Positions 50,701 to 63,239 of a stretch of DNA of 64,000 nucleotides are shown here, in pieces. The DNA comes from Vicugna vicugna. Lineage: Eukaryota. The notes beneath the pieces are model-generated. The model ran no database searches and was not told the origin of the DNA. It saw only the letters and a program-made list of their open reading frames with translations. Location: assembly GCA_013265495.1 (NCBI GenBank), contig MU058844.1, forward strand, positions 6,323,260 to 6,387,259, given 5' to 3'. The first letter of the stretch is position 1, and every line of letters starts with the position of its first letter. Both the position numbers and the translations under genes were made by a program.

Positions 50701-53700
50701 AGGGAGAAAGAGTATAAGTGTTTTTCTAAATAGTGAGTTTGCTACCAGTGACTAACACACTGAGACTTTGTCCATCTGGAAAAAAAAAGTCCCAACTTGA
50801 ATTAATTACGCAGTTAAAAGATCAATCTGAGCATGTTTAGGAACTGCCTGAGATAGAAATAAGGGCATGTTTTCATCAGGGCCCTCTTATTAGGTATAAT
50901 TTTCACCAAAAAAAAAAAAATTAAGATAATGTAGAAATACCAAGATTTGGGGGGAATCAATTTATATTTCAAAAATTCCAAAAATATGTGATTTTAACAC
51001 ATAATATTACTAAAATGATCACATATTAAATATTCATTGCTACTTTTGATTTTTTAAATAAAATTTCATCTTAGAAATGTGCACAGGGATTTGGACCAAG
51101 AAAGAGTGACTTTTCTGTCAAAAAAAAAATCACTGTTGATGTAATAGTCATATGAGACCAATAAACTGAGAAGAAAAATACTATACTGAAAAATAAAAGT
51201 GTGTTATCTCTCATTAGTGCAAAAATGAAAAGCATTAAATATCATAAGAAATGCTAATGTCTGAAAATGTTCATAATGACATTTAAATGTGTCTACATTT
51301 TCTATTATTTAAATAATATTTGAAATATATTCTAAGCTGAAGATACAGGAAATATTAAGAATAATTTTCTTTTCCTTTACTGTTGAATGTGTTCTTAAAT
51401 TTTACAGTAATTATGATCATTTAAAAAAAAAGATTTTTAGGAAATCTCATCCTACATGCCTTAAAATCAAACTTTTCAAATCAATTCAATCAGCACTTAG
51501 AATCTGCTATTTTTTTTATCATTATCCAGAAACAATGATCATATTAAGTATTTCCCAATTATTTGTTACCTTATTTTTCATGTATTTTAATACATGCATG
51601 ATAGCTATGCTGATTCATCAGTACCTGATTCATTCTCAATGACAACTCCTCTACTACAACAAAATTTACAATTACAAAAAACAAAAATTAAAATATAAAT
51701 TAAGTTTTCTGTGTGATTTAATAACAAAATATAAGTCAAGTATGCAAATACTTTATTTTGCACAGTATATTTTTAATCTTAGAGGGTCCTCACTTGGTGT
51801 CATATATGAGCTTTGAGCTTTGAACTTATTTTTAAAATCCTGAGTAAACTTATCAATTATATTCATCTTATATTTGTGTTAGCTCTAATTTGGAATTTTA
51901 TTTTTGTGATTTTTAAATCAACCGTGAGTTTGCGCAATTTTTTTTTCTATTTAATGCTCCATAATTTAGAATAAAAAATAAAACCCATAGACACATGCAG
52001 CTTAATAAATACGGCACACACACAATTCTGGATTAAAGTCTATCGTGAAGTTCACAGTAACAATAAGAGTGTGAACTTGGGCTTTAACCCACAGTCTATG
52101 CTCATAGACTTTCCAGAGTTTGATGCTTGATTTCCCCCCCATATGCAACATTGTCACTCCTCAATAACTTATTTGTACATTTTAAAATTATTACTTATTT
52201 TAGTAATCTATTCAATTTATTGATTTACTCTTTCCTCATAAAATATAAAATACTTATGATCAATTCAGCTAAATCCAATGCTTTAACAGTGGTCACTTAT
52301 TAAAAGCCGAAAAATGAGCTAAATTATTACTACTGTGTAAAGTCATTAAATCACATTAAATTTCAATATTACATTTTTCAGAAGATAAGCCTATTTTCAA
52401 TATTAAAAACATGAATGCACTTCACTACTCTTGGAGTATATTCTTTACCTCTTTCAAGTGTTTGTATCTGCAACAACATAAAAATTATTCACTGTTTGTG
52501 TCTAGCTGCATTGTTACCTAATAGATACTGGGAAAATCTGCCTCCTGCTACATATGATTTTTTTTTAACATCTACATCTAAATATATGTGAAATATTATT
52601 TATACATATTATAGAAAACAGATATATGCATATACTTAATTAAATCAGCAACTTTATTCATTGTGAAAATTATATCAGTTTGAGTAATTTATATCCTTCT
52701 ATAACTTTAAATATGTGTGCTTACAATCAGTGAGAAACTAGACTATCAGTACGAGTTGTTGACCTGATGATGTTAACATTTTTTTCCCTCCATTCATCAT
52801 GGGGACAGTTTCACAATATCACGATATATGACCATCTCACTGACTGTTCCACAGATATGAGAATATTCATCACATGATGCATCAAGTATAGCTATGTTAT
52901 TAACATTTTTAAAAGACCTTGGGTTATTTGTTTACTTCAAATATTTGGGGAAAAATAAAAATAACAGTGAAAAATGTGAGACTTCTTCTGAAGGTAAAAA
53001 CTGCTCCAGATACCTTTAAATCGCTAAACCTCAGTGGCTGAAGGAAACAAGTTCCACATTCCTTATTTAGCTTAAGTAAAGGTAAACCTTAAGATTAGTT
53101 CGGAAACTGGTGATCGAAGAAAGAAGGGTGAACAATATCCTCACAATCACTATTTTACAGAAAAGTCAAAATTTCCTTTTAAAAATTGTATAATAATGCT
53201 TGAGATAGAATTTGTTAAACTTGAAATATTATACAGCCTTCACCTGTGTTTTAAATTACCCCAGTGACTACAAATTAGCTATAACCTGAATCCAACTCCT
53301 GATATGTTCAGACTCCAAGTGGCATACATTTATAAAGCCATCAGTTAAAAAGCAGAAAGCAAAAACACTGCATAGGTCCCTTAGTACATTTAGTGAACAT
53401 AGATTTAATTATAATTCTCACTATATACTAAATAAACTCTCACTGAAAATTTTGGTGGGAAAAAACTTCAATCCCTTTTTTGAAATTTCAATAAAAATAT
53501 TTTCTTCATTAGAAAATAATTTTGGTGGATTAAGAATATCCTCAAATTTTCTTAAAGCTACCATATTTGGTATGCTCTAATTGAAAGAAAAAAAATATTT
53601 AACTGAATTTGATCTTTCCATAGCTCCCCAAATAGTAAATTTACTCACAGATTGGATTAGTTTAAATGCTACACCGTAAGGGAACATTCAAACCACTTAG

Positions 53701-53739
53701 CTACCTCTCTACTGCAGAAATAAATTAATAATTACTAAT

Positions 53740-54250
53740 GGTTATTACAGAGTTATGATTATTGAGCACTCATTATGTACTAGGCAATGTCTTAAGTACT
53801 TAGCATAAGCTAGTTTGTTTAATCCTTACAAATATCATATGAACCTTTAGCACCATTTTATAAATGAAGAGAAACGTTCCTAGAGATTAACTCATTCGCC
53901 AAAGGTCTAAAAATCTATTAAGTGGCAGAGCCAGGATTTGAACACACAACTCCCTGACTGCGAAGCCCGTAGTCATATATTCATCCTGGGCCCTTCTCAA
54001 ATCCCAGGATTTAGCTCCCTAGACTGTTCAGCAATCACTTTAACCCTCTTCATAACAGAAAAGGTACCACCATCATAACCATCATCACCATCATCATCTA
54101 CACCACTAAGATCACCAGCTCCAGCACCAACAATCCCTCCATTTTGAAAAGAAAGAATCTGAATATCAAGGAAGTCAAGAGACTTACCCAAAGTTACCCA
54201 GCTAGTAAATGATACAGTTAATGCACGAGTAATCCAAACCTAACCTCACG
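53740..54250 (-). mobile_element. Two MIR fragments in intron 3 (~53740-53970 and ~54130-54250) flanking a CAT/CAC low-complexity tract
   Basis: tttattgagcactcattatgtactaggca...aagtggcagagccaggatttgaac; gacttacccaaagttacccagctagtaaatg. Confidence 0.75.
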
Positions 54251-57069
54251 GTATGAAATTAGCCCTTCTTGTAAGAATGAAGGCTGGCTATAATCTTCGA
54301 GAAAATGTTTATACCTAAATAGAAAATATTTTATTCACCAAAAATAATTATTTTAAAATTGTTTTGGTTTTGATAAATTAGAAACAAGTTAGACTCTAAT
54401 GGAGATAGATGCCTGCTTCTTAAACTCAATGACAAAATTATAAAGATCTCTTTTGCTCTGCTGGATCTAGTTTGCATCAAGAAGTGTTTGAAGAATTTGT
54501 TACACCTAGTTTGTAATCTGTCCAAAAAGCAGGAGATTTTGTCTGCATCATTTATATAATCGCCATGCCTAAAACAGTCCCTAGCATATATTTGTTGAAT
54601 ATATGTGCTATATTTTATCCTAGCAAATATTTGTTGGATAAAATGTAAATAACTCTGGAAGGAAAAAAGCATAATCAAGCTGAAAGGAGCCTGCAGAATC
54701 TTCCCAGTCTATCCCTTTCAAAGAGGAGGAAAATGAGACTCAAAGAGGAAAAGTTAATTGCTTAAGACCACAGAGCTAGCTAATAGCATGGATTCGGAAA
54801 CATTTGCTTTATTAAAAATAGACTAACTTTTGTTTTATAATGTACTCCTCAATACTGAAGTGAACCAGTACTTTTTTCCAAATGTAGTCAGTGTATACAT
54901 AATTTGCTTAATACTGGGGTAACACAAAGGTGAGTAAGAATTGAATCATCTTTTAAATACTACATCCTAACTGGTGTGGCAGGCATTCCACACAATCCAT
55001 CACAATGTCAGTGAGAAAGTGATGCGCTGATTGAAGGAGGACTGAGAGGAGGCTCAGGGCAGAAATATGGTTTGGGTGAGGGGGAGGGAATTTAACACAG
55101 AGGGAGGCAGAGTCAGCACAAGCAATGAGCCTGTTTTCTAAAACATGGTGTTGTGAGCCGAAAATAAAGGGCTTTAAAAAATATATGCATACATACACTA
55201 TTTTTCAGTACATTAAAATATACTACCTTTAGGACATATTACTACCGATATCAAGGGTGCTCATTTTCTTATGTTTGTTTGCTCTCAAATACGAGCAAGC
55301 TTAAGGAAAAGAGTATCTTCAACAGTTTAAGTGTCTACATTTAAAAAATATTTTATATTATTATTTTATAAATTTTTTCAGTGGAAGCATTTTTCCTTTC
55401 CAAAGTAAAGTGATGTTTTAGGGTCAAAATTGAACTATTTTACTGCTCAGTGTTGGATTAAGGACAAAATGTTGCATGAAGAGCCCTGGACTTCCGAAGG
55501 CAAAAAAAAATCTGGGCTCAAATTCAATGAGTTAATGGCATTAAGAAGAAAGCCTGGCTTAAAATAAACCCTCAACTGGTAGTTACTATTTTTACTCTTA
55601 CGGCTGTTGTTACTATAGTATAATGAAGACCAATGGAAACAAAGTGTTTAGAATATTTTAGAAAATATTAATTACTACTCATAAGTGAACATGTTATATG
55701 TCATATATAGATACTTTTATGCTAGGTAAGATTATTATCCACAGGCTTATTACTACAAGTAAGCTTAAGGAGATCATTTTCTAAATCATTTCTGGTTTTT
55801 GATGTATTTCTGTATATGTTTTTGCTTCCCTGCCAAATTGCTAATTCTTTATTTCTGCCCTGCTGCCAACATTTTCTAGTTTCAACTTTTTTTGTAATTA
55901 ATATTTTTTTCTGTAATTAGTAACAGTAACCAAATACAATGTCTCACGGCACTGAGTTGGTTAGACTCCAGTTCAGTTCCTATTTTTCCCATTATAAACT
56001 TCTATTTTCAAGCCACATGATTTAAAAAAAAAAAAGTTTCCTTAGGCTGAGGCTTTAGAGACATAACTTGGGCATAATTTTTTTTTTCAAACAAACTAAA
56101 AAAAGTCAACCACATATTTTTAAGTTAAAACGGAATTTTCCAGTGACTTTACCCAACACCTACAGTGGGGAGTGGGAGACACTTGATTTCAGAATTGCTG
56201 GTAACCAAACATTAAAAGACTTACCCATATAGAAAAGCACTGTGGATTTAGCAGTACTGATTATTTTTTTAATCATTGTTAATGAACTGTACTGTCAAAA
56301 TAACTTCAACATATGCGCTCTGTGTTCCCATACTTAAATTATGAGGCAGTATAAACAATAGACATACATTATGCAGAGGCCACAAGGAGAATTAGTACAA
56401 AATTCCATGATCTGTGAGTGGAAAATTTTAAATTAATCCTTTGTTGTAGTGAAAAAGACTATCAAATGGACAATTTGTAGCATTTCCCTTCCTGCTTGAG
56501 CTACTAGGTCACCTCATTCTGCTAACTGATAACATCGAAAGCTGTGAGGCCCAATAATGAAATGGCAAGACAATTCTAGGAAAAAAGGGTGACTAGTTGG
56601 AGAAAATTGTTATGTTTAGTACAATTCTACATGCTTCATGGTCCTGAAGAAGAAGGGGAGCAGAGATAAGGCAACCAACAGCAAAGAGCAGAGAACTGGC
56701 AGGCAGACAGAAATGGCGCTTAGAAGGAAAGGAATAAAGATTGAAATAATTAGGTAAAAAAAGATACATTATAGACAAGTGTTGTGTGACAGACTTACCA
56801 ATACAACTGTTTAAAGTCCTTTTGAAAAGAGTCCATAATTTGTGACTTTAGTATTTCTAAAGTCGTCACAGTCAAGCAGTTCAAAATCATATAAAATACA
56901 TGCCATCCTCATGATTTTTTTTTATTGTTATTTCACTGGTTCTGGGTACATTCTCGGCTTCCCTGAACTAAATTGCAGACTTGAATAATGCAGCTTGAGC
57001 CTTATGCTTGTTGGTATTTATTAACCATTCAATCATTCAAATGTATTTACTGGGAGGGACAGTCTACTG

Positions 57070-57280
57070 CAGGGGTTTGGATCTTGCTCCTGAGAGCCAG
57101 AGCGCCTCTGCTCAGATCTGGGTTTCACCGCCACTAACCAAAGTGAGTAAATACTTCACCTCTCTGTGCCTCAGTTTCCCCATTTGAAAAACAGGGATAA
57201 TTAGGTATACCTACTGCATAATTGTGGTGAGGATGGAATGAGTTAATACATGTTCCCTGCTTAGAACAGTGCCTGACCCA
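57070..57280 (+). mobile_element. MIR SINE, apparently nested in an antisense L2 end (57020-57350)
   Basis: cacctctctgtgcctcagtttccccatttgaaaaacagggataat...cttagaacagtgcctg; flanks cattcaatcattcaaatgtatttactg and ctcacggagcttacagcctagagggga. Confidence 0.85.
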
Positions 57281-57450
57281 GCAAGGGCTGCAGTGGAGTG
57301 GACAGAGAGGAAAACCGCAGTGCCCACTCTCACGGAGCTTACAGCCTAGAGGGGAACAGCCTCACAGCACTGTTTAGAACTCAGGTAGGACACGAGAAAT
57401 ATTTGATGAGTAAAATTTCATTAGCCCAATGATATTAAATAACCTGGAGA

Positions 57451-57476
57451 GTGTGTGAGTGTGTGTGTGTGTGTGT
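57451..57476. repeat. Imperfect (GT)n microsatellite, intron 3
   Basis: Direct reading. Confidence 0.9.
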
Positions 57477-58862
57477 ACATGCTTTTAAATAGAAGATGTG
57501 AAAATGTAAAGGAACTACTTTAACATAAGTTTTTAAAGTGAGAGAAACAAGATTCTTCCTAAGGCAGGTATGGGTGGGTATTTATTCCAAAGGTACCCAT
57601 AACGTTGGTCTTCTAGCAAACTGCAGCGGTAAGGCTTAGCTGTAGAAGCCCTTTGTAGACCGCCCTGTAAGGAACCACTTGTGTGTCGTGGACCAGTTTT
57701 TTTTTTTTTTTAACTCACCTGGATCTGCTTTCCTGACTTTTAAAATGAAGGAACTGAACTGGTTGATCTCTAAGGCTCTTGTTCACATACAGTATAATAC
57801 CACATTAATAAATTTGGTGAATTTATCTGGAGGAGTTAAGTTCTCAAGATAGGTTTTTTAAAAACCATGAAAGGCACAAGAACACAAAGATAGCATGAAA
57901 TTAAAGGACTGAATCATGCTCACAGGTATGAATTTACAGTTGAAGAAAATAAATACCCTTAAGTTTTGGGATGCAATGATTTGTTTACAGGACTATCAAG
58001 GTATTCCATCAGTGTACGTTACATACTTGTTTTCAAAGTAGCATTAAACAATAAGAAATGAAATAGCAAATGGCTTGTTCCTTATAATACACATGTCCCT
58101 TACCATGTATCAAATATAATTTTGATTGTAATTCAATATTAGGGAAAAGTAATATCCAATTAGAAAGATAAATAATTTCATTTACATGAATTACAAAGTG
58201 TGAAAAAAAAATTTCTAAATTAAAAGGGAAAATCAGAAGACAAAGAATTTCTAAATACTCTCTGAAATGAGATGAGGGCTTCCATTATAAAAAGAAGCAT
58301 TTCTTAATATGATATATTTAAAAAATTATGTCCAGTACTAATTCTATATACGTTTTAAGTCACAAAGGGCTAAATGTTTCCTGGAAACAATGAGCAACTT
58401 CAAAGCTGAAAAGACAACATAGGAATAAAGATATTTTTAAGTGGACCTGAAGGTTGCACAGGCCACATCTGACACTGTTACGGTATGGTTTAGGAAAGAG
58501 CAGCCACAAAGACAGCGTGCCAAGCCATGCTTTATGTGTTTTAAAAGTTAACAAAGGGAGTGGGTCTGAATTATTAGAAGGTAGAGTAATTAAAAGACAT
58601 ACTCTTGAATGATGCTACTTAAGTTGTCGCAATGTATACCAAGGAAGAGACCCTGACATATTTTTAAATGGATGGCTCTGGAAAAAAAAAATCAATCAAT
58701 ATTTTAATAAAATAAAAATCTAAGAAACACGGAAAAAGTCGTCAGGAGGTTACACTTTTCATTCTCGTTCCAGTGGATACAATAAAGCCTATACTAGCCC
58801 ATTTAAGAACATACAACCCACACCTCTTCCTCTCAGTCAGCACTCCATGCAGTTTACCATAC

Positions 58863-58991
58863 CTGTGGGAAGCTGTCCGTCCTTGGCAAAACTGATATGT
58901 CATAGGTGGCCGCAAAGTGGCTTTTAGCTTGCTGGATTTGGCCATAACGTTCTCTTTTTCTCCACTTGGCCCTTCGATTTTGAAACCAAAC
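58863..58991 (-). CDS. ALX1: ALX1 exon 3 (129 nt; homeodomain recognition helix, Q50)
   Basis: Manual translation gives [43 protein letters not shown]. Acceptor is ttag|GTT and donor is CAG|gtatgg; phase 0-0, joining exons 2 and 4 in frame. Confidence 0.97.
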
Positions 58992-61900
58992 CTAATTTTT
59001 TTAAAAAAGTAGAATTTTAGGAAAGATATAGTTGATAATGTAAATGTGATGTTCAAAAACTTTGAATCAGCAAGGCAAACAAGGTGAACAAACTTACTAA
59101 TAAAGGGATTTTTTTTTAATGTCAAGAGAGGATCCACAAATTTTACTTTCTATTTTACCCTGAGAAGTGCCATATCCACGAGGCAATAAAACTTAATAAA
59201 AAGAGACAAGACACTTCTAAAAATGTATTTAAAATGTCTGAGCCTCTGTTTTTTCCATTTATGGAAGATAAAAAAGAATCAGATTATACGATCTTGAAGA
59301 CACCTTATATCTCCAAATTATCACAGACAATCCTCCTCTCAGAGAAGGGTGCAAGTCTGGACAACATTCATGACTTCTTAGTTCGGGCTTATCCATTAAC
59401 TCAGTCAACCTACGACCAATTAATAACTGGGTCTGTTGAAACAATTACCTTTAAAAATGTCACAAAAGTGAAGACTCTTCTAGATTGTACTCATATTTAG
59501 AAAAACTTAGAAAAGTGTAAACATAAACAGTGCATCTAAAACAAGTAGCATCAGCAGAAATACATGACTATTTAGAAACAAAAAATATTCAGAGTATACA
59601 TTATATTGAATACGGTAAAAACTGTATATAAAATGGCACCACCTGAAGCTGAACTATGGTTTTAAAATAGACAAATTGTTTATTACATAAATTATACCAC
59701 TAGTAGCATTTATATTCTCTTATAGAAAATGCTCATAATACTCAAAATCATTTCTACAATTTAAAAGATTTACAGATAATATAAATAATAAAATAAATAG
59801 GGCAGTATAACCAAGTGTCAAGAAAGCCTGTGGGTTAGTACGGCCTCTGACAAAGTCCCTAAACTGCCTTCCAAATCTTCTAAATCTAATTAATGACATA
59901 TTAGGAATATTCATCATAACAGCTATCTTCCTCAGAGGGTTAAATATTCACTAATTCACACTAGTAGCTCTCCAGAATCTTCACTTTACTATTTTAAGGT
60001 ATCAAAGGGAGATACAGAATTTTATATTCAATATGTATAATTTGACATTTTTGAATCAACATGACATGAGCAGCTATTAGGGTAACTCTTCAGTCTTTAC
60101 AGAACCATGTTCAGAATATAAAGTATTTGGAGAAGCTGGCAATGAACGATAAAAATGCAAATTATCAAAAACCTTTCATTAACATTTACTTGAAATTTCT
60201 ACTCTGTTTCATACTCAATTCCAATCTTTCACATCTTTACCTTCGCACTTAGGGAAACATATTAAAGCTCAGTCTGAGGTGTGAGCATGCACTGCCAACT
60301 GAAGATGGTACTTTGAAGGGTTTTCCAATTGAAAGAAGGCAAAGAGAGCTACCTGTTCAGCACAGGTTCTTCGAACACTGCTGGGAGCTGTGTACTGGCC
60401 GCTATTTCAGGGCCCAAGACAACCTCAACAGCAAAACCAAACATACTTTCTGGCTGCCCCACTCTCAGGCTCCAGGAGCGCACTAAGGGAACTGTAATCA
60501 GAGTTTTTTCATTGAGAAAAAGACCCTGACAATCTCCCTAAGATGGGGGCCGGTTACCACTCTGCTGTGAGAAGCAGGAAGGAGAACCACCTGAGTAAAT
60601 GAGGTGCAGGCTGGCTCTCTGTACATGTCTTAGACCAGAATTAATCAGGACTTGATGAGATGTTAAAGGGGAAACCTGCATTGTGCACAGTTGATCACTC
60701 AGTGTGTAAACATAGTTTTCTATGGTTACAAGTATAACTAATTTAAATATAGGAACACAAGGCCTAAAAACACACTTGCGGGAGTCGTGTTAACACTTCA
60801 CAAGTCCAAATTCTTCCTTAGCATCAACTTTCTATATATTTACTTCCTGAACTAAGATAAAGTAACCATTTGTCTCCACAAACTAAGGCAGAAATCTGCT
60901 GCTTGTTATCCTGCACCACCAGATGTTGTCTTTACTGACGTATGAGGGCCTTACAATGGCTTAATCTTCAAAAGGAATACTATTACTCCAGTCAGAACAA
61001 AATTTTTTGCTATTTTATTTACTTCTCTAGTCTAGTGGTTTATAGGAATTGCAAAACTCAGGATTTTTTTACTTAGAGTAGTAAAAACACAAAGGAAATG
61101 TTCGTTCTCCTGAATTACTATTATTGGGGAAATAATACAGTTCACAAATAGCAAAGCTGGTAAAAATAAAATGTGCCTAAAAGGAAGAGTTGTATCAGTA
61201 TAATTTTATTTTTTCAGATTACTAGAAATTAAGCATATTGAATCATCCAATTAGATAATCTGAATACAATCTATAAATATAATTGACTTAAATTTATACT
61301 TTTAAAAATTACTTTAAGATTATTATGACTACTGCCTCGGCAAAAATCATGTTATCTAGATTTTAAAAATTATAATGGAATGGCATGCATTGGCAATTCC
61401 TGGGGCTAGAAAATTGTAGATGAGCTATATATTTCTTCAATTATATACAGTGAAAATAGCTTATGGCTTATATAACAATTGGGAGTTTGTGAGATTGTTT
61501 CATCTTTTCTTTGTTTTATTATAACTCCAATCTTAAACTATAAATTTATGGGCTATTACACAAATAACTTACCAACATTGGGTATATAACCTAAAAAGAA
61601 CCTCAGTGGTTGATAAAATAGAAAAATAAAATACATGTATTACTAGACTGTAGAGCTATAACTCTGACTTTTTATCCTTTAAAAATTACTTTTTAAAATC
61701 AGAAGTTTGTTATCATATTCTGTTCTTTTAAAAGAAACGTTAGTTTTTATGTCTATATAACAACTCAAGTGTTCTTTTGTTTTATACCTGTGTGTGAGTT
61801 GTCAAATTCTCGGCAAGTAAAAAGGAATTTTAATAGACTGACATGCATATACTATACTGTTCTATATGTTCAGTAGGAGAATCAGTTTCTTCCTTTATTG

Positions 61901-62007
61901 GTAAAATACAGCTATTGAATTATTCGAACACCATCCCACCCCCACTCCCACCTCCCCACCCACCAAACACACACACACCCACCCCCAAGCCTTCATTTCG
62001 CTCCTAC

Positions 62008-62312
62008 CTGGACCCTGGCCTCAGTCAGCTCTGTCCTCAGAGCAAGTTGTTCTCTGACATACACATCCGGGTAGTGGGTTTTCTGAAAGACCTTTTCCAG
62101 CTCCTCCAGCTGCAAGCTGGTGAAGGTGGTCCGGTGTCTCCGCTTCTTACTGCTGGATACGTTGCTGTCACATTTATCCCCAAGTTCATCCAGTTCTCCC
62201 TTCTCTGGCATCCCTTTCACGGGAGACATCCGGAGGCTGTTACAGTTGTCCATAGCTCTATTTAGCTCGGTGTGAAGAGGCTGTCCTTCTACTTTAGTGA
62301 TCCCATAGTTCA
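62008..62312 (-). CDS. ALX1: ALX1 exon 2 (305 nt; N-terminal region plus homeodomain helices 1-2 and start of helix 3)
   Basis: Translates (V)[101 protein letters not shown]. Acceptor is ...ctctgggtacag|TG and donor is CAG|gtagga. Confidence 0.98.
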
Positions 62313-63220
62313 CTGTACCCAGAGGGGGAAAACAACAGCTCTCAGGATTGCAAAACATCTCCATGAAGGAATTAAGTTGAAGTAATTTAGAGCATCAGGG
62401 AAGCGATCTGTTAATGATTTATTTTGCCAGTATTAAATTTGATCATCACATTATGTATGATTATTAATTCACTTTGGGCAGGTTTAAAACCATTTTAAAA
62501 TGTATACACTGAACTCATCTGCCAAAAATACACAGTTCTCCTCTCCAGGATTCATGTAATGCTTATGCACATAATTTATAATCAAATTTAGGTAGTCAAA
62601 AGATGCTCTACATTTTTTTAAAAAACACCTAGGTGAGCATAATTTTTGAAAAGTGAGCCAATATATCGTATTTTATTTGCAGCAGACAAAATTAAGTTAC
62701 TTAGGTGGCTCAAAAAAGGTATTTCAATTTTAAATAGTATCTGTAAACCAAAATTCAAACTCTTCTCAAAAGTTATATTTCTCCTCCACACAAAACCTAT
62801 GGACTAGAGATTTAAGATACAGTATCGTTTCTACTATATTTCCATGATTTTAACTATATATTCATGTCTGCACTTAAAAATTTTAATTCAAAAAAGTGAT
62901 CTGCTAAGTTAAAAGTGAATTTGCTATTGGTTTCTGAAAGTGTTTCCTACAGAAAAGTAAGATTTAAATAGACTTCTTTAGCTTAAAAACTCGCAGTTCT
63001 TTCCAAATATAAATTTCTGCTTAGCTCATGAAATTTGTTTTAAGACAAAAAGTTTTAATTTTCCCTCTAGTAAAGAAGAGAAATTAAAGCATCTTTATTA
63101 AAAGATTATTAAGGATGTCATCTGGCATTCTGTTTAGAGATGTTTTAATTTCAGTGATTTCCTCCAGATTTGAGTGCATGCTGGCAGTATGATGTAAAAC
63201 AAAAATATATCTTATGGTGC

Positions 63221-63239
63221 CACACACACACACACACAC
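63221..63239. repeat. (CA)9 microsatellite, intron 1
   Basis: Direct reading. Confidence 0.9.

Noticed and set aside
58742..59137. 131-aa minus-strand ORF in the ORF track
   Set aside because: It is an off-frame read-through across true ALX1 exon 3 and flanking intron, not a separate gene.
61843..62265. 140-aa antisense ORF with a poly-Pro stretch
   Set aside because: A shadow of exon 2 plus the C-rich tract; no independent coding evidence.
62313..62364. In-frame upstream ATG ([11 protein letters not shown]...) before exon 2
   Set aside because: Intronic sequence containing the polypyrimidine tract and AG; the real N-terminus comes from exon 1 outside the window.
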